Shown: one piece after another, positions 31,088 to 40,873 of the stretch
How positions within the stretch are numbered: position 1 is the first letter of the stretch
How the letters are laid out: each line of letters starts with the position of its first letter
Source of the DNA: an uncultured Ignavibacteriales bacterium
GTDB taxonomy: Bacteria > Zixibacteria > MSB-5A5 > GN15 > JAAZOE01
DNA length: 64,000 nucleotides
Assembly (NCBI GenBank): GCA_964611355.1
Contig: CAZSYD010000001.1
Location: 66,745 to 130,744, forward strand
Reading direction: 5' to 3'
Position numbers and translations under genes: made by a program
The notes under the pieces: model-generated
Seen by the model: the letters and a program-made list of their open reading frames with translations, nothing else
Told to the model about the DNA's origin: nothing
Databases searched by the model: none

Positions 31088-31873
31088 TTATTCCTGCTTT
31101 GAGGAAAGAGATATTTCCCTTTTTCGGCGAAATTCCCGTAATTCGGAAATATCAAGAATAACGGAAAGTATCCGTTCCCTGTCTTCCTCTTCGGGCGAGA
31201 TGCGACTCAGTATTCCCCATGGCGCCGCCACCAGCGATCGTCCCTGCAGGTTGCCGCCCCACAATCTGCCCGCGGCGCAGCATTTGACTATGTAACTGCA
31301 GGAGGTTTCGGTTCCGGCTATAAATATTCCCCGGTCGCGCGAAAATTTATCCCTGACGGTTTCATCCGGTTTCAAGGGCGAGGTGGTCGGGACAAAGATA
31401 ATATCCGGTTTTAATTCGGCCATTCGGGAGAAATTTTTCGGGTGTAGAACATCGGCGCATATCAAAATCGAGATACGCACGCCGTCAATTTCAAAAAGGG
31501 AGAACCCCGTTCCGGGACTTATTCCGTGGCGAATTTCATTTTCTGTCGGGTGCATTTTGCGGCATTTACCGACCATTTCGCCTCGATTATAGACAAAGCT
31601 GGTATTATAAAACCGGTCGTTGTCCGATTCGACCGCTGTCCCGGCGATAAGCACAGCGTCAAAGCGATCCGACAATACCTGACAATACTTCAGGTATTCG
31701 CCTGACTGACCGGCGCTTAGTGGCGTATCCCTCAGCGTTGGATCGACGTTGTAATATTCCGGCAGGATGATAAAGTCGGGCCTCTGCCTGAATATAAACA
31801 GGTTTTCTTCCATGCTTAACTGCCGGCCGACCTGACATTGTATGATTATTGCTTTTCTCAGCATTCTTTCCAA
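31088..31873 (-). CDS. Carbon-nitrogen hydrolase (nitrilase superfamily)
   Basis: Triad LPE / RK.HP / ICAD; GRS..AAPWG. Start may be ATG 31864. Confidence 0.88.
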   Translation of the reverse strand: MERMLRKAIIIQCQVGRQLSMEENLFIFRQRPDFIILPEYYNVDPTLRDTPLSAGQSGEYLKYCQVLSDRFDAVLIAGTAVESDNDRFYNTSFVYNRGEMVGKCRKMHPTENEIRHGISPGTGFSLFEIDGVRISILICADVLHPKNFSRMAELKPDIIFVPTTSPLKPDETVRDKFSRDRGIFIAGTETSCSYIVKCCAAGRLWGGNLQGRSLVAAPWGILSRISPEEEDRERILSVILDISELREFRRKREISLSSKQE

Positions 31874-32011
31874 ATCCTACGTTTTTGATTGATAATCGTT
31901 TCATGTCGGAAAGTAAATTCTTTATTGCGTTATCCCGATAAATAGAATATAGGTTGGTTTATAATGCAGCCGTGAAGATAGTATTGAAGATTGGTCATAA
32001 TGGGAGAGATT

Positions 32012-32686
32012 ATGGCGCCGCAGATTATCATTAAGGATGATATGGGTCGCATTGGCGACCCCCAGGGCTTGGAAAATCGATTGCGTAAAACCGGCTATCG
32101 GCGGGTAGTCGGGGTTGACGAGGCCGGCCGCGGCCCGCTGGCCGGGCCGGTGGTTGCGGCGGCGGTTATATTGCCTGAAAATTTGCATATAGAAGGGCTT
32201 GACGATTCCAAGAAACTCAGCCCGACCAAACGGAACCTGGTTTTCGACCGCATTGTTTCTTCCGACGCCGTTTACGCCGTCGGCATTGTCGATAATGAAA
32301 TTATTGACCGCATTAATATCCTGCGGGCATCGCTTCAGGCAATGGCCAGTGCGGTCAACAAACTTGAATGCACTCCTGATCTTGTGATCGTGGACGGCAA
32401 AATGACGATATCCGGTGTCAACCTGCCGCAAATGGCCATCATCGGCGGTGACGGTACCTGCCCGTCAATTGCCGCGGCGTCGGTTCTGGCCAAGGTTACA
32501 CGTGACCGTATTATGGATCATTACGCCAAATTGTATCCTCTTTATTCTTTTGGCAGGCATAAAGGTTATCCAACGGCTGAACATCTGAAGGAACTGCGCG
32601 CTTATGGGCCGACGCCGATTCATCGCAAATCGTTTCGCCCGGTTCAGGAAGCCGTTTCCGAACCAAACCTGCAGTTTGCAGAATGA
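32012..32686 (+). CDS. rnhB: Ribonuclease HII
   Basis: GVDEAGRGPLAGPV, DSKKL, IAAASVLAKVTRD, HKGYPT. Confidence 0.97.
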   Translation: MAPQIIIKDDMGRIGDPQGLENRLRKTGYRRVVGVDEAGRGPLAGPVVAAAVILPENLHIEGLDDSKKLSPTKRNLVFDRIVSSDAVYAVGIVDNEIIDRINILRASLQAMASAVNKLECTPDLVIVDGKMTISGVNLPQMAIIGGDGTCPSIAAASVLAKVTRDRIMDHYAKLYPLYSFGRHKGYPTAEHLKELRAYGPTPIHRKSFRPVQEAVSEPNLQFAE

Positions 32687-33027
32687 CCGACACCCGTGCC
32701 GATAAGGGCGCTCGAGGCGAGGAAATCGCTGCCGGTTATCTGGAAGACCTCGGATATAAAATCCTTCATAGAAATCTCCGCCTTTCCCGTTACGAGATCG
32801 ACATTGTCTGCCGTGACGGTGATTGCCTTGTATTCGTCGAGGTGAAAAATTCGGCCGCCGGGGGTTTCGGTCATCCCGCAACCTGGATCGACGATCGCAA
32901 GCAGGAAAAACTCCGCCTCGCGGCAGAGTTATACCTGAAAGAGTATAGCATTTCCAATATGGATATCCGTTTTGATGCTGTGACCATTAACCGTGGCGAG
33001 GTCGAGCACTATAAGAATGCTTTCTAA
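32683..33027 (+). CDS. yraN: YraN/UPF0102 family protein
   Basis: GEEIA..YL, EIDIV, VFVEVK, RFD. Confidence 0.93.
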   Translation: MTDTRADKGARGEEIAAGYLEDLGYKILHRNLRLSRYEIDIVCRDGDCLVFVEVKNSAAGGFGHPATWIDDRKQEKLRLAAELYLKEYSISNMDIRFDAVTINRGEVEHYKNAF

Positions 33028-33150
33028 GAAATGGGGGCTGACTTATATCGTGGCTGCGGCAAGATGTTTTCTTATGTTTAATTCAAATTCGTCGGTGAAT
33101 TGCTGAATTTTCTACTGTTTTTGAGGTTGCCTGATCCGTCCGTCAAAATA

Positions 33151-34284
33151 TCATTCCCGGGTTATGCTCTCAATTTCGGCCAGCAGAGCCTTCTCGAGGT
33201 CATCTTCCTTCAGCGTCTGCTTAATCTGTCCCCGGGCAAATAATACCCCCTTACCGACGCCGCCCGCGATCCCGACGTCAGCGGCTCTGGCTTCACCCGG
33301 GCCGTTGACGACGCAGCCCATAACGGCAACTTTTAACGGCTTTTTAATATGGCGGGTCTTTTCCTCGATTCGCCGGGCCAGGCCGATCAGATCGATCCGG
33401 CAGCGGCCGCACGTGGGGCAGGAGATTACTTCGACACCTTCCCGCTTCAGTTCCAGGGCTTTTAGTATCTGTTTCGCGACCTTTATCTCGGCTACCGGAT
33501 CAGCGGTAAGCGATACCCGGATGGTATCGCCGATTCCTCGCGCCAGGATAGCCCCGATACCTATGGCTGATTTTATCGAACCGGTAAACTCCGTTCCGGC
33601 TTCGGTGATTCCCAGATGAAAAGGATAATCGACCAGTTCCGCCAGCATGATATGGGCCGCTAGGGCGCAGTGAACACTGGTCGATTTGAGGGAGATAACG
33701 GTATCGAAAAAATCATGCTTTTCCAGAATTTCCAGTTCCCGCAAGGCCGCGCCGACAAAGGCGCGCGGATCGTCATGCCCGAACTCATTCAAAAGATCTT
33801 CAGGCAGTGAGCCGGAATTAACGCCGATTCTTATCGGAATACCGGCGTCTCTGGCGGCTTTGGCAACTTCGGCCACCTTCCGGTCCGGCCCGATGTTGCC
33901 CGGATTTATGCGAACCTTGTCGATTCCCTGAGAGATAGATTCAAGAGCCAGCTTGTGCGAAAAATGAATATCGGCCACCAGCGGAATCGAAATCTGCTCT
34001 TTGATTTTATTCAGGCATAAGGCGGCCTCGTTGTTGGGAACCGCTACCCGGACGATTTCGCACCCGGCTTCTTCCAGTTTTTTAATCTGGGCGACGGTGG
34101 CTTTCACGTCCCGCGTATCGGTGTTGGTCATCGACTGGATTGTTATCGGGAAACCACCGCCGATAATATTTCCGCCGACTTTTATACCCCGCGATTTGCG
34201 CCGTTTTACGGGATACTCAGCCTGCAGGCCGTCGATGAGCCCTCTCCATTTGCTTTCTCGGCTTTTTGATATATCACTTGACAT
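33151..34284 (-). CDS. ispG: HMBPP synthase
   Basis: QSMTNT, ADIHF, RINPGN, SCPTCGR, MGCVVNGPGEA. Confidence 0.97.
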   Translation of the reverse strand: MSSDISKSRESKWRGLIDGLQAEYPVKRRKSRGIKVGGNIIGGGFPITIQSMTNTDTRDVKATVAQIKKLEEAGCEIVRVAVPNNEAALCLNKIKEQISIPLVADIHFSHKLALESISQGIDKVRINPGNIGPDRKVAEVAKAARDAGIPIRIGVNSGSLPEDLLNEFGHDDPRAFVGAALRELEILEKHDFFDTVISLKSTSVHCALAAHIMLAELVDYPFHLGITEAGTEFTGSIKSAIGIGAILARGIGDTIRVSLTADPVAEIKVAKQILKALELKREGVEVISCPTCGRCRIDLIGLARRIEEKTRHIKKPLKVAVMGCVVNGPGEARAADVGIAGGVGKGVLFARGQIKQTLKEDDLEKALLAEIESITRE

Positions 34285-34349
34285 GGTCGTTACCGCGCGT
34301 AGTTTAATTTAACTGTATTGTGCCAAAAGACAACTGAAAGTTATCCGGC

Positions 34350-34760
34350 TTGGATTACAAGAAGATAATATTATACATAGTTATTTTGCTGGTTGCTCTC
34401 GGCTACTGGTACAAGGTTTTTCAAGACGAGAAAAGAGGGTTGGAGCAAACAGATCGCTTTGCCTCCGTTTACGCCGGTACGGCGGTCATGGCCGAATTGT
34501 ACCGCAACGAACCGGATCGGTTTTTCCGGGCCCGCGATTCAATATATAATTTATATAAGATTGACAGTATGTGGATTAACGAATTCCGCCGGTCGCATCA
34601 AGACAGGGAAGAGGACTGGAGCCTGGTATGGGACGCCGTTAAGCGAAAGACGGATTCTCTTGTTGAATATTATAAACTTAATCCGGTCAAGCACGATACG
34701 ACCAAGGTATTAGAGATCGATTCGTCTGTCGTGATTTCGGATACATCCGGCACGAAATAA
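34350..34760 (+). CDS. Hypothetical membrane-anchored protein
   Basis: N-terminal TM, helical domain; fills the gap between ispG and iorA. Confidence 0.6.
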   Translation: MDYKKIILYIVILLVALGYWYKVFQDEKRGLEQTDRFASVYAGTAVMAELYRNEPDRFFRARDSIYNLYKIDSMWINEFRRSHQDREEDWSLVWDAVKRKTDSLVEYYKLNPVKHDTTKVLEIDSSVVISDTSGTK

Positions 34761-34914
34761 TCCCATTTTTTCAAATCTGCTTCCAGCTAAAAGACGGAAT
34801 TTGTGAAAAATTTCTCAAATGGGTTGAATTCGGTGGGAGTCATATATATATTGGCGGCGAGTCATGTGGCTGCAATGCTGAAGCGGATTTCAGAAAATAG
34901 ACTGGTGGTATGAG

Positions 34915-36699
34915 ATGAAAATGCTTTTGTCCGGCAATGAAGCGGTGGCGCGCGGCGCCTATGAGGCCGGCGTGAAACTTGCGGCCGCTTATCCCGGAAC
35001 ACCCTCGACCGAAATTCTTGAGAATATCGCCCGGCATTTTCCGTCGATTTACGCCGAATGGTCGCCAAACGAAAAAGTGGCTTTTGAGGTCGGCATCGGC
35101 GGGTCGCTGGGTGGAGGGCGCTCATTGGTGGCTATGAAGCATGTCGGCGTCAACGTGGCCGCCGACCCGCTGATGACTTTCGCTTATACCGGCGTCAATG
35201 CAGGCTTTCTGCTGGTCAGCGCCGACGATCCTGAGATGCATTCATCGCAGAACGAGCAGGACAATCGCATTCTGGCCAGATTCGCCCAGATACCGTTTCT
35301 GGAGCCGTCCGATTCTCAGGAATCGAAAGATATGGTAAAGATCGGGCTGGAAATCTCGGAAGAGTTTGATATTCCGGTCATGCTGCGAATGACGACACGC
35401 GTTTCGCATTCCAAGGGGATTGTCGAACTTGGCGAACCGATTGAAGTGACCAAAGATAAATTCGATCGCGACACCCGAAAATACGTCATGGTACCCGGCC
35501 ACGCCAAGCTGCGCCACGCCAATCTGCTGGAACGGGTGGAAAGACTTCGGGATTATGTCGAGAAATCGCCCCTTAACCGAATCGAAGAATACGACACCAA
35601 AACCGGCATAATAACCGGCGGCATTTCCTATCAGTATGTCAAAGAGATAATGCCGGAAACTGATATTTTCAAGATCGGTATCGGTTTCCCTCTGCCTCTT
35701 AAAAAAATCAGGGAGTTTTTGGACAAGCGTGAAAAAGTGATCATCGTTGAGGAGTTGGAGCCGTATTACGAAGAAATTATCCGAGCCGCCGGAATGACTT
35801 CGGTGGAAGGGAAAAGGTATTTTGGCCGCGAAGGCGAACTGTCGCCTTACCGGGTCGCTCTTGGTCTAAATGATGCCGGTCTGATAGATGAAGCTCCAAA
35901 AGCCGGCCATGAACCGGAGAAGCTGTTTCCCCGGCCGCCGGTGCTTTGTCCGGGCTGTCCCCACCGGGGGCTGTTTATGGCGCTCAAAAAGCTGAAGCTG
36001 ACCGTTACGGGGGACATCGGCTGCTATACGCTGGGAACGCTGGAGCCGCTGAAATCGCTTCATACCTGCATATGTATGGGCGCTTCGATCGGCAAGGCCA
36101 TCGGTATGGAAAAGGTCAACGGTTCCGACCGGGGGATTGTCGCCGTGCTGGGCGATTCCACCTTTATTCATTCGGGTATTACCGGCCTTCTGAATGCGGT
36201 TTACAACAAGTCGAATATCACCGTTATCATCGCCGATAATCGGGTAACGGCCATGACCGGCGGCCAGCAGCATCCGGCCACCGGTTATACACTGATGGGT
36301 GAGGAAACCAAAAAGCTCGATTTCACCGCGCTCGCCAGGGTTCTCGGCGTTGAGTCGGTACGCACTGTCGATCCGCTTAAATATGAAGAAACGCAGAAAA
36401 TTATCAAGGAAGAGGTGGAGCGCCCGGGACCTTCCGTGATTATCAGTACTAGCCCCTGTGTTTTAATGCCGAAGCGGATTATGGAAACTCCTTACGAGGT
36501 AATCCTTGACCTATGCAACGGCTGCGGCATCTGCTTCCGCATCGGGTGCCCGGCTATTTATCCGTCAAAGGAATTGAACAAGAGAGGCAAACCCAAAGCA
36601 GAAATCGATCCTGCTCTTTGCACCGGCTGCTCGCTCTGTTCGCAGGTTTGCAATCGTGGAGCGATCGTAATAAAGCAATCGATTGAAAAGGTCAAGTGA
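34915..36699 (+). CDS. iorA: Indolepyruvate ferredoxin oxidoreductase alpha subunit
   Basis: GNEA, YPGTPS, MKHVG, CPGCPH, GDIGCY, GDST, two C-terminal 4Fe-4S motifs. Confidence 0.96.
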   Translation: MKMLLSGNEAVARGAYEAGVKLAAAYPGTPSTEILENIARHFPSIYAEWSPNEKVAFEVGIGGSLGGGRSLVAMKHVGVNVAADPLMTFAYTGVNAGFLLVSADDPEMHSSQNEQDNRILARFAQIPFLEPSDSQESKDMVKIGLEISEEFDIPVMLRMTTRVSHSKGIVELGEPIEVTKDKFDRDTRKYVMVPGHAKLRHANLLERVERLRDYVEKSPLNRIEEYDTKTGIITGGISYQYVKEIMPETDIFKIGIGFPLPLKKIREFLDKREKVIIVEELEPYYEEIIRAAGMTSVEGKRYFGREGELSPYRVALGLNDAGLIDEAPKAGHEPEKLFPRPPVLCPGCPHRGLFMALKKLKLTVTGDIGCYTLGTLEPLKSLHTCICMGASIGKAIGMEKVNGSDRGIVAVLGDSTFIHSGITGLLNAVYNKSNITVIIADNRVTAMTGGQQHPATGYTLMGEETKKLDFTALARVLGVESVRTVDPLKYEETQKIIKEEVERPGPSVIISTSPCVLMPKRIMETPYEVILDLCNGCGICFRIGCPAIYPSKELNKRGKPKAEIDPALCTGCSLCSQVCNRGAIVIKQSIEKVK

Positions 36700-36706
36700 G
36701 GCAACC

Positions 36707-37294
36707 ATGAAAAACGGTATAAAAAATATATTAATCGTGGGTGTCGGAGGGCAGGGGGTTTTACTGGCCTCCGAGCTTCTTTCCGAGGCGGCCATTATGT
36801 CCGGTTTCGACGTCAAGAAGTCGGAAGTGCACGGCATGGCGCAGCGGGGCGGCGTCGTGTCATCGCATGTCCGCATCGGTAAAAAAGTCTATTCTCCGAT
36901 CATTCAATATGGTCAGGCCGATATCCTTCTGTCGTTTGAACAGGCCGAAGCGATGCGTGCTGTCGACTGGCTTTCACCCGAAGGAAAGGTTGTCGTTTCC
37001 AATACCCGGCTGGTGCCGCCGATTGCGAATTTCGGCGAATTGGGTTATCCCGATGATCCGGTTGCGGAAATAAAAAAGAAAACCGGCAATGTCATTGCCG
37101 TCGATGCCGATAAAATGGCGGGCGATCTCGGCAATATGCGCCTGGTGAACACGATCCTTCTTGCGGTAGCATCATCATATATCGGGTTTGAAAAAAACGT
37201 CTGGGAAGAGGCGATCAAAAAACTGGTCAAGCCGAAATTCGTTGATATCAATTTGAAGGCTTTTGCGCAGGGGCGCGGACTGACGATCAATTAG
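36707..37294 (+). CDS. iorB: Indolepyruvate ferredoxin oxidoreductase beta subunit
   Basis: GVGGQG, EVHGMAQRGG, NLKAF. Confidence 0.95.
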   Translation: MKNGIKNILIVGVGGQGVLLASELLSEAAIMSGFDVKKSEVHGMAQRGGVVSSHVRIGKKVYSPIIQYGQADILLSFEQAEAMRAVDWLSPEGKVVVSNTRLVPPIANFGELGYPDDPVAEIKKKTGNVIAVDADKMAGDLGNMRLVNTILLAVASSYIGFEKNVWEEAIKKLVKPKFVDINLKAFAQGRGLTIN

Positions 37295-37321
37295 GTCTTT
37301 ATTTCTGTAGGGAGATCGGTA

Positions 37322-38401
37322 TTGGATAAAAACAATCCTATAATATTGGTGGTAAATCCGGGATCAACCTCGACCAAGGTGGCGGTCTTTCGGGGAACGG
37401 AAGAGATTCACAAACAGACTATTGAGCATCCGGCCCAAGAACTGGCCAAATTTGACCTGACCGCCGAACAGTTTGACCTGCGCCGGAAGGGAATCGAAGC
37501 CTGGTTGGAAACTCTTCCGGAATCGGATCGGGATTTCGCCGCCATTGCCGGTCGCGGCGCGCCGCTGAAGCCTCTCGAAGGCGGCACATATGCTATTTCG
37601 GAAAAGCTTCTGGATGATGTCAGGACATCCCGGTATTCCAATCATGCTTCCAATGTAAGCCCCATCCTTTCTGACTATTTCGCCAAAAAATATAATGTAC
37701 CGGCCTATATCACTGATCCGATCACGGTGGATGATTTCACCGACGTGGCCCGTATCTCCGGATTACCCGGTATTGTCCGCAAATGCCGTTCGCACGCTCT
37801 CAATATCAAGGCTGCGGGGCGAGCCGAGGCGGCTAAAACGGGGAAAAAGTTGGAAGAAGTCAACTTCATCGTGGCCCATATGGGCGGCGGCATATCGATT
37901 GCGGCTCTTGAAAAGGGGCTGATAGTCGACGTTAACGACGCTCTTCTGGGGATGGGGCCGTTTTCACCCGACCGGGCCGGAGCGCTGCCGATTGGGGCAC
38001 TGGTGGAACTCTGCTACAGCGGCAAATACGAGAAAAAAGAATTGGTCAATATCCTTTCCAAAAAAAGCGGATTTGTCGCTTACCTGGGTGAGTCTGATTT
38101 GCGCAAGGTCGAAAACATGATTAACAGCGGCGACAAAAAAGCCGGGTTGATCTTTGACGCCATGTGCTATCAAATCGGAAAAGAAATCGGCGCCGTCGGC
38201 GCGGTTCTAAAGGGGAAAGTCGACGCGATAATCCTGACAGGCGGGATGGCGCATTCGAAAAGAATGACGGATGCGATTACAAATTATGTAAGATTCATTG
38301 CTCCGGTCAAACTGGTGCCCGGCGAGTATGAAATGAAAGCTCTGGCGGAAGGAGCATTGCGCGCGCTTTCCGGAGAAGAAAAAGTTAAAGATTATGCCTG
38401 A
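37322..38401 (+). CDS. buk: Butyrate (branched-chain carboxylate) kinase
   Basis: NPGSTSTK, HASN, HALN, HMGGGIS, LTGGMA, PGEYEM. Confidence 0.96.
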   Translation: MDKNNPIILVVNPGSTSTKVAVFRGTEEIHKQTIEHPAQELAKFDLTAEQFDLRRKGIEAWLETLPESDRDFAAIAGRGAPLKPLEGGTYAISEKLLDDVRTSRYSNHASNVSPILSDYFAKKYNVPAYITDPITVDDFTDVARISGLPGIVRKCRSHALNIKAAGRAEAAKTGKKLEEVNFIVAHMGGGISIAALEKGLIVDVNDALLGMGPFSPDRAGALPIGALVELCYSGKYEKKELVNILSKKSGFVAYLGESDLRKVENMINSGDKKAGLIFDAMCYQIGKEIGAVGAVLKGKVDAIILTGGMAHSKRMTDAITNYVRFIAPVKLVPGEYEMKALAEGALRALSGEEKVKDYA

Positions 38402-38439
38402 GGGAGAGATTTCTTAAACTTAGTCCTCTATATGTAGTT

Positions 38440-39375
38440 ATGATAAAATCATCAACTGAAATAATCGAAGCCGCCAAAAAATTATCGGCAAGCGGTATGC
38501 GTAGGGTGGTGGTGGCTGTGGCCCAGGATGCCGATGTTATCGGGGCGGTCAAATCCGCCTGGGAAGACGGCATCTGCGACGGCTCGCTTGTCGGCGACGA
38601 ACAAAAGATTCGAGAACTGGCAGAAAAAAACAGTATTTCGCTTGACGGTCTCGAATTGATAAGCCAGCCGGATTCGAATCAGGCCGTTATGCAGGCGGTG
38701 CAGATGGCTGCCGAAGGGAAAGCGGACGTGGTGATGAAAGGCTTTGTCTCCACTTCCGGTTTGCTCAGGGGTGTTCTTGATCGCCGTTTTAATCTGCGCG
38801 CCAGCCCGACGCTTTCGCACGTGGCGGTTCTTGATATTCCCGGTTATCATAAACTTCTTATGCTTACCGATGGCGGCATGGTCGTCAAGCCGACTATTGA
38901 GCAAAGACTGGATATTCTCAAAAATGCCGTCATCGTCGGCAAAGCTCTCGGTATCGAAACGGTCAAAGTCGCATTATCGGCTGCCTGCGATTCAGTCATA
39001 GAAAGTATGCCGCAAACTAAAGAAGACGCACGAATTCTTGAGTTAGTCAATAAGGGAAAGATCGACGGTTGCGAGATCGCCGGGCCAATGAGTTTCGACG
39101 TTGCCACATCGAAAGAAGTCGCCCAAAAAGCGGGCATAGACAATCCGGTGGCCGGTGACGCCGATGTGTATATCATGGGCAGTATAGAGGAATGCAACAT
39201 TACCGCCAAGAGTATGATCGTTTTTGCCGATGCGGTTTTTGCGGGCGTTATCGTCGGCGCCAGAATTCCGGTCTCGGTCGTATCGCGCACCGATCCGGTT
39301 TTCGGCAAAAAGACTTCTATCGCGCTGGCGTGCCTGGTGGCCGATTATTATCGCCATATGGGAAAGGAGGTTTAA
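38440..39375 (+). CDS. ptb: Phosphate butyryltransferase/acyltransferase paralog 1
   Basis: ADVVMKG, LSHV, TDGG, GPMSFDVA, SRTD. Confidence 0.85.
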   Translation: MIKSSTEIIEAAKKLSASGMRRVVVAVAQDADVIGAVKSAWEDGICDGSLVGDEQKIRELAEKNSISLDGLELISQPDSNQAVMQAVQMAAEGKADVVMKGFVSTSGLLRGVLDRRFNLRASPTLSHVAVLDIPGYHKLLMLTDGGMVVKPTIEQRLDILKNAVIVGKALGIETVKVALSAACDSVIESMPQTKEDARILELVNKGKIDGCEIAGPMSFDVATSKEVAQKAGIDNPVAGDADVYIMGSIEECNITAKSMIVFADAVFAGVIVGARIPVSVVSRTDPVFGKKTSIALACLVADYYRHMGKEV

Positions 39376-39378
39376 GCT

Positions 39379-40311
39379 GTGGCAGATCAAATAAAAAGTC
39401 TCGACCAGCTTCTTTCCCGCACCAAAGATTTGGTTAAAGAAAAGCATATAATCAGAGCCGCCTTGATAAGCGCTGATGATGATCGCTGTCTTCGGGCTGT
39501 CCTTCGCGCCGGGAAAGAAAGTTTTATCGAAGCGACGCTGATCGGCAGTCGGTCGAATATTCAGGATATTGCCGATAAGAACGGTTTGGATATCAACGGA
39601 ATTTCGATAATAGATTCTGCCGGTCCTGCTGATTCGGTTGATGCTGCGATGAAGCTGGCGGCGGAAAAGAAAATCGATTTGCTTGTCCGGGGCAATATCG
39701 ATACGAGATTGATGCTTAATCGTCTCTTTGATAAAACTATCGGTTTCCGAAACGGCAAAAACCGGGTCAGTCATGTGGCTGTATTCGAGCATGATAAATA
39801 TCCCAAACTTTTATTAATGAGTGATGCCGCGGTAAACGTCGCGCCCGACATTAAAGGAAAACTGGCGATCATCCAAAACGCCGTCGGAGTGGCTAATCTT
39901 TTTGGCGTCGAGATGCCGAAAGTGGCTATGCTGGCGGCGGTCGAGGTTATCTATCCGGGTATGCGGGTTACCGAAGAAGGCGCCATAATATCGAAGATGG
40001 TCGATAAGGGTCAGATCAAAAACTGCCTTATCGACGGTCCGTTGTCGATGGACGTCGCCACCGTTCCCGACGTCGCCCGGCAGAAGGGAGTGACTTCGGA
40101 AGTGGCCGGGCAGGCGGATATTTTGATCGCGCCCAATATCGAAACTGGCAACGGTATCTACAAAGCGATGTCGATGTTTGTCAAAGCCAGAACGGCCGGT
40201 GTCATCATCGGCGGAAAACTTCCTATTGCCATATCGTCTCGATGTGATAGTGTTGATAATATATTTCTTTCGCTTGTGTTGGGAAGCTATATAGCTTCAA
40301 CAAATTTGTGA
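39379..40311 (+). CDS. ptb: Phosphate butyryltransferase/acyltransferase paralog 2
   Basis: SDAAVN, AAVE, DGPLSMD, PNIETGN, SRCD. Confidence 0.88.
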   Translation: MADQIKSLDQLLSRTKDLVKEKHIIRAALISADDDRCLRAVLRAGKESFIEATLIGSRSNIQDIADKNGLDINGISIIDSAGPADSVDAAMKLAAEKKIDLLVRGNIDTRLMLNRLFDKTIGFRNGKNRVSHVAVFEHDKYPKLLLMSDAAVNVAPDIKGKLAIIQNAVGVANLFGVEMPKVAMLAAVEVIYPGMRVTEEGAIISKMVDKGQIKNCLIDGPLSMDVATVPDVARQKGVTSEVAGQADILIAPNIETGNGIYKAMSMFVKARTAGVIIGGKLPIAISSRCDSVDNIFLSLVLGSYIASTNL

Positions 40312-40337
40312 CCGCCGGATATCCATATCCGCCGGTT
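40306..40337 (+). repeat. Left arm of inter-cassette hairpin element (copy 1a)
   Basis: TTGTGACCGCCGGATATCCATATCCGCCGGTT aligns with TTGTGATCGGCCAATATCCACATCCGCCGGTT at 41394-41425. Confidence 0.75.
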
Positions 40338-40505
40338 TGGGCTACACCTTTCATAACTTCAGGACAGGCACGCTCGACGGCGCAAGATACGGCAAAACGG
40401 TAATAAAAGCTCGTACGCGGAACGCATAGTCGTCAGCCAGGTTTTATGTTAGACTCCAATCCGTGGAAAATTCGCGTATCCTGACACCGGTCATGGGAAT
40501 ACGGG

Positions 40506-40760
40506 GAAATGGGTTCGTTTTGTCATATTTATGTTTTGCAACTACAGGTTTGGTGGTGAATGCTGGAGTGATTCATACTTTGCCCTTCCTAACGTCAGGA
40601 CTTTGTCCATCTTACTCTTCGTCCTGACTTGGGAAGGAACGTCAGGACAGTGCCGGGATATATTTGAATAATCTGACATAATCATCCATAGAAGGCGGGG
40701 GATTATTAAATAATGGTGGTTTTGTATTGAAATTGGCAGTGATGTATCATAATATACAAA
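40506..40760 (+). repeat. Dispersed non-coding repeat copy A (about 185 bp plus 70-bp insert)
   Basis: About 90% identical to 63808-63992 by manual alignment. Confidence 0.92.
40722..40750 (+). promoter_or_regulatory. Putative sigma70 promoter inside the dispersed repeat, facing the cassette array
   Basis: TTGTAT-N17-TATCAT(AAT); both hexamers are conserved in copy B. Confidence 0.45.
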
Positions 40761-40873
40761 TCTCGGTACTGAACTAAAGCTGACTTATATCGAGATTACA
40801 GTACAGACAGGTGGCTCGCTTCGAGGTACGATTAATATTTAAGGTATCGTACGGCAAGCCGTCGGCCACCAGT

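Noticed and set aside
33037..33050. 14-mer GCTGACTTATATCG also found at 40779-40792
   Set aside because: Several exact 14-mer pairs are expected by chance in 64 kb, and the match does not extend.
40671..40698. dif/Xer-like site (minus strand TTATGTCAGAT)
   Set aside because: Only the XerD-like arm resembles consensus, the XerC arm does not, and copy B has a mismatch in it.
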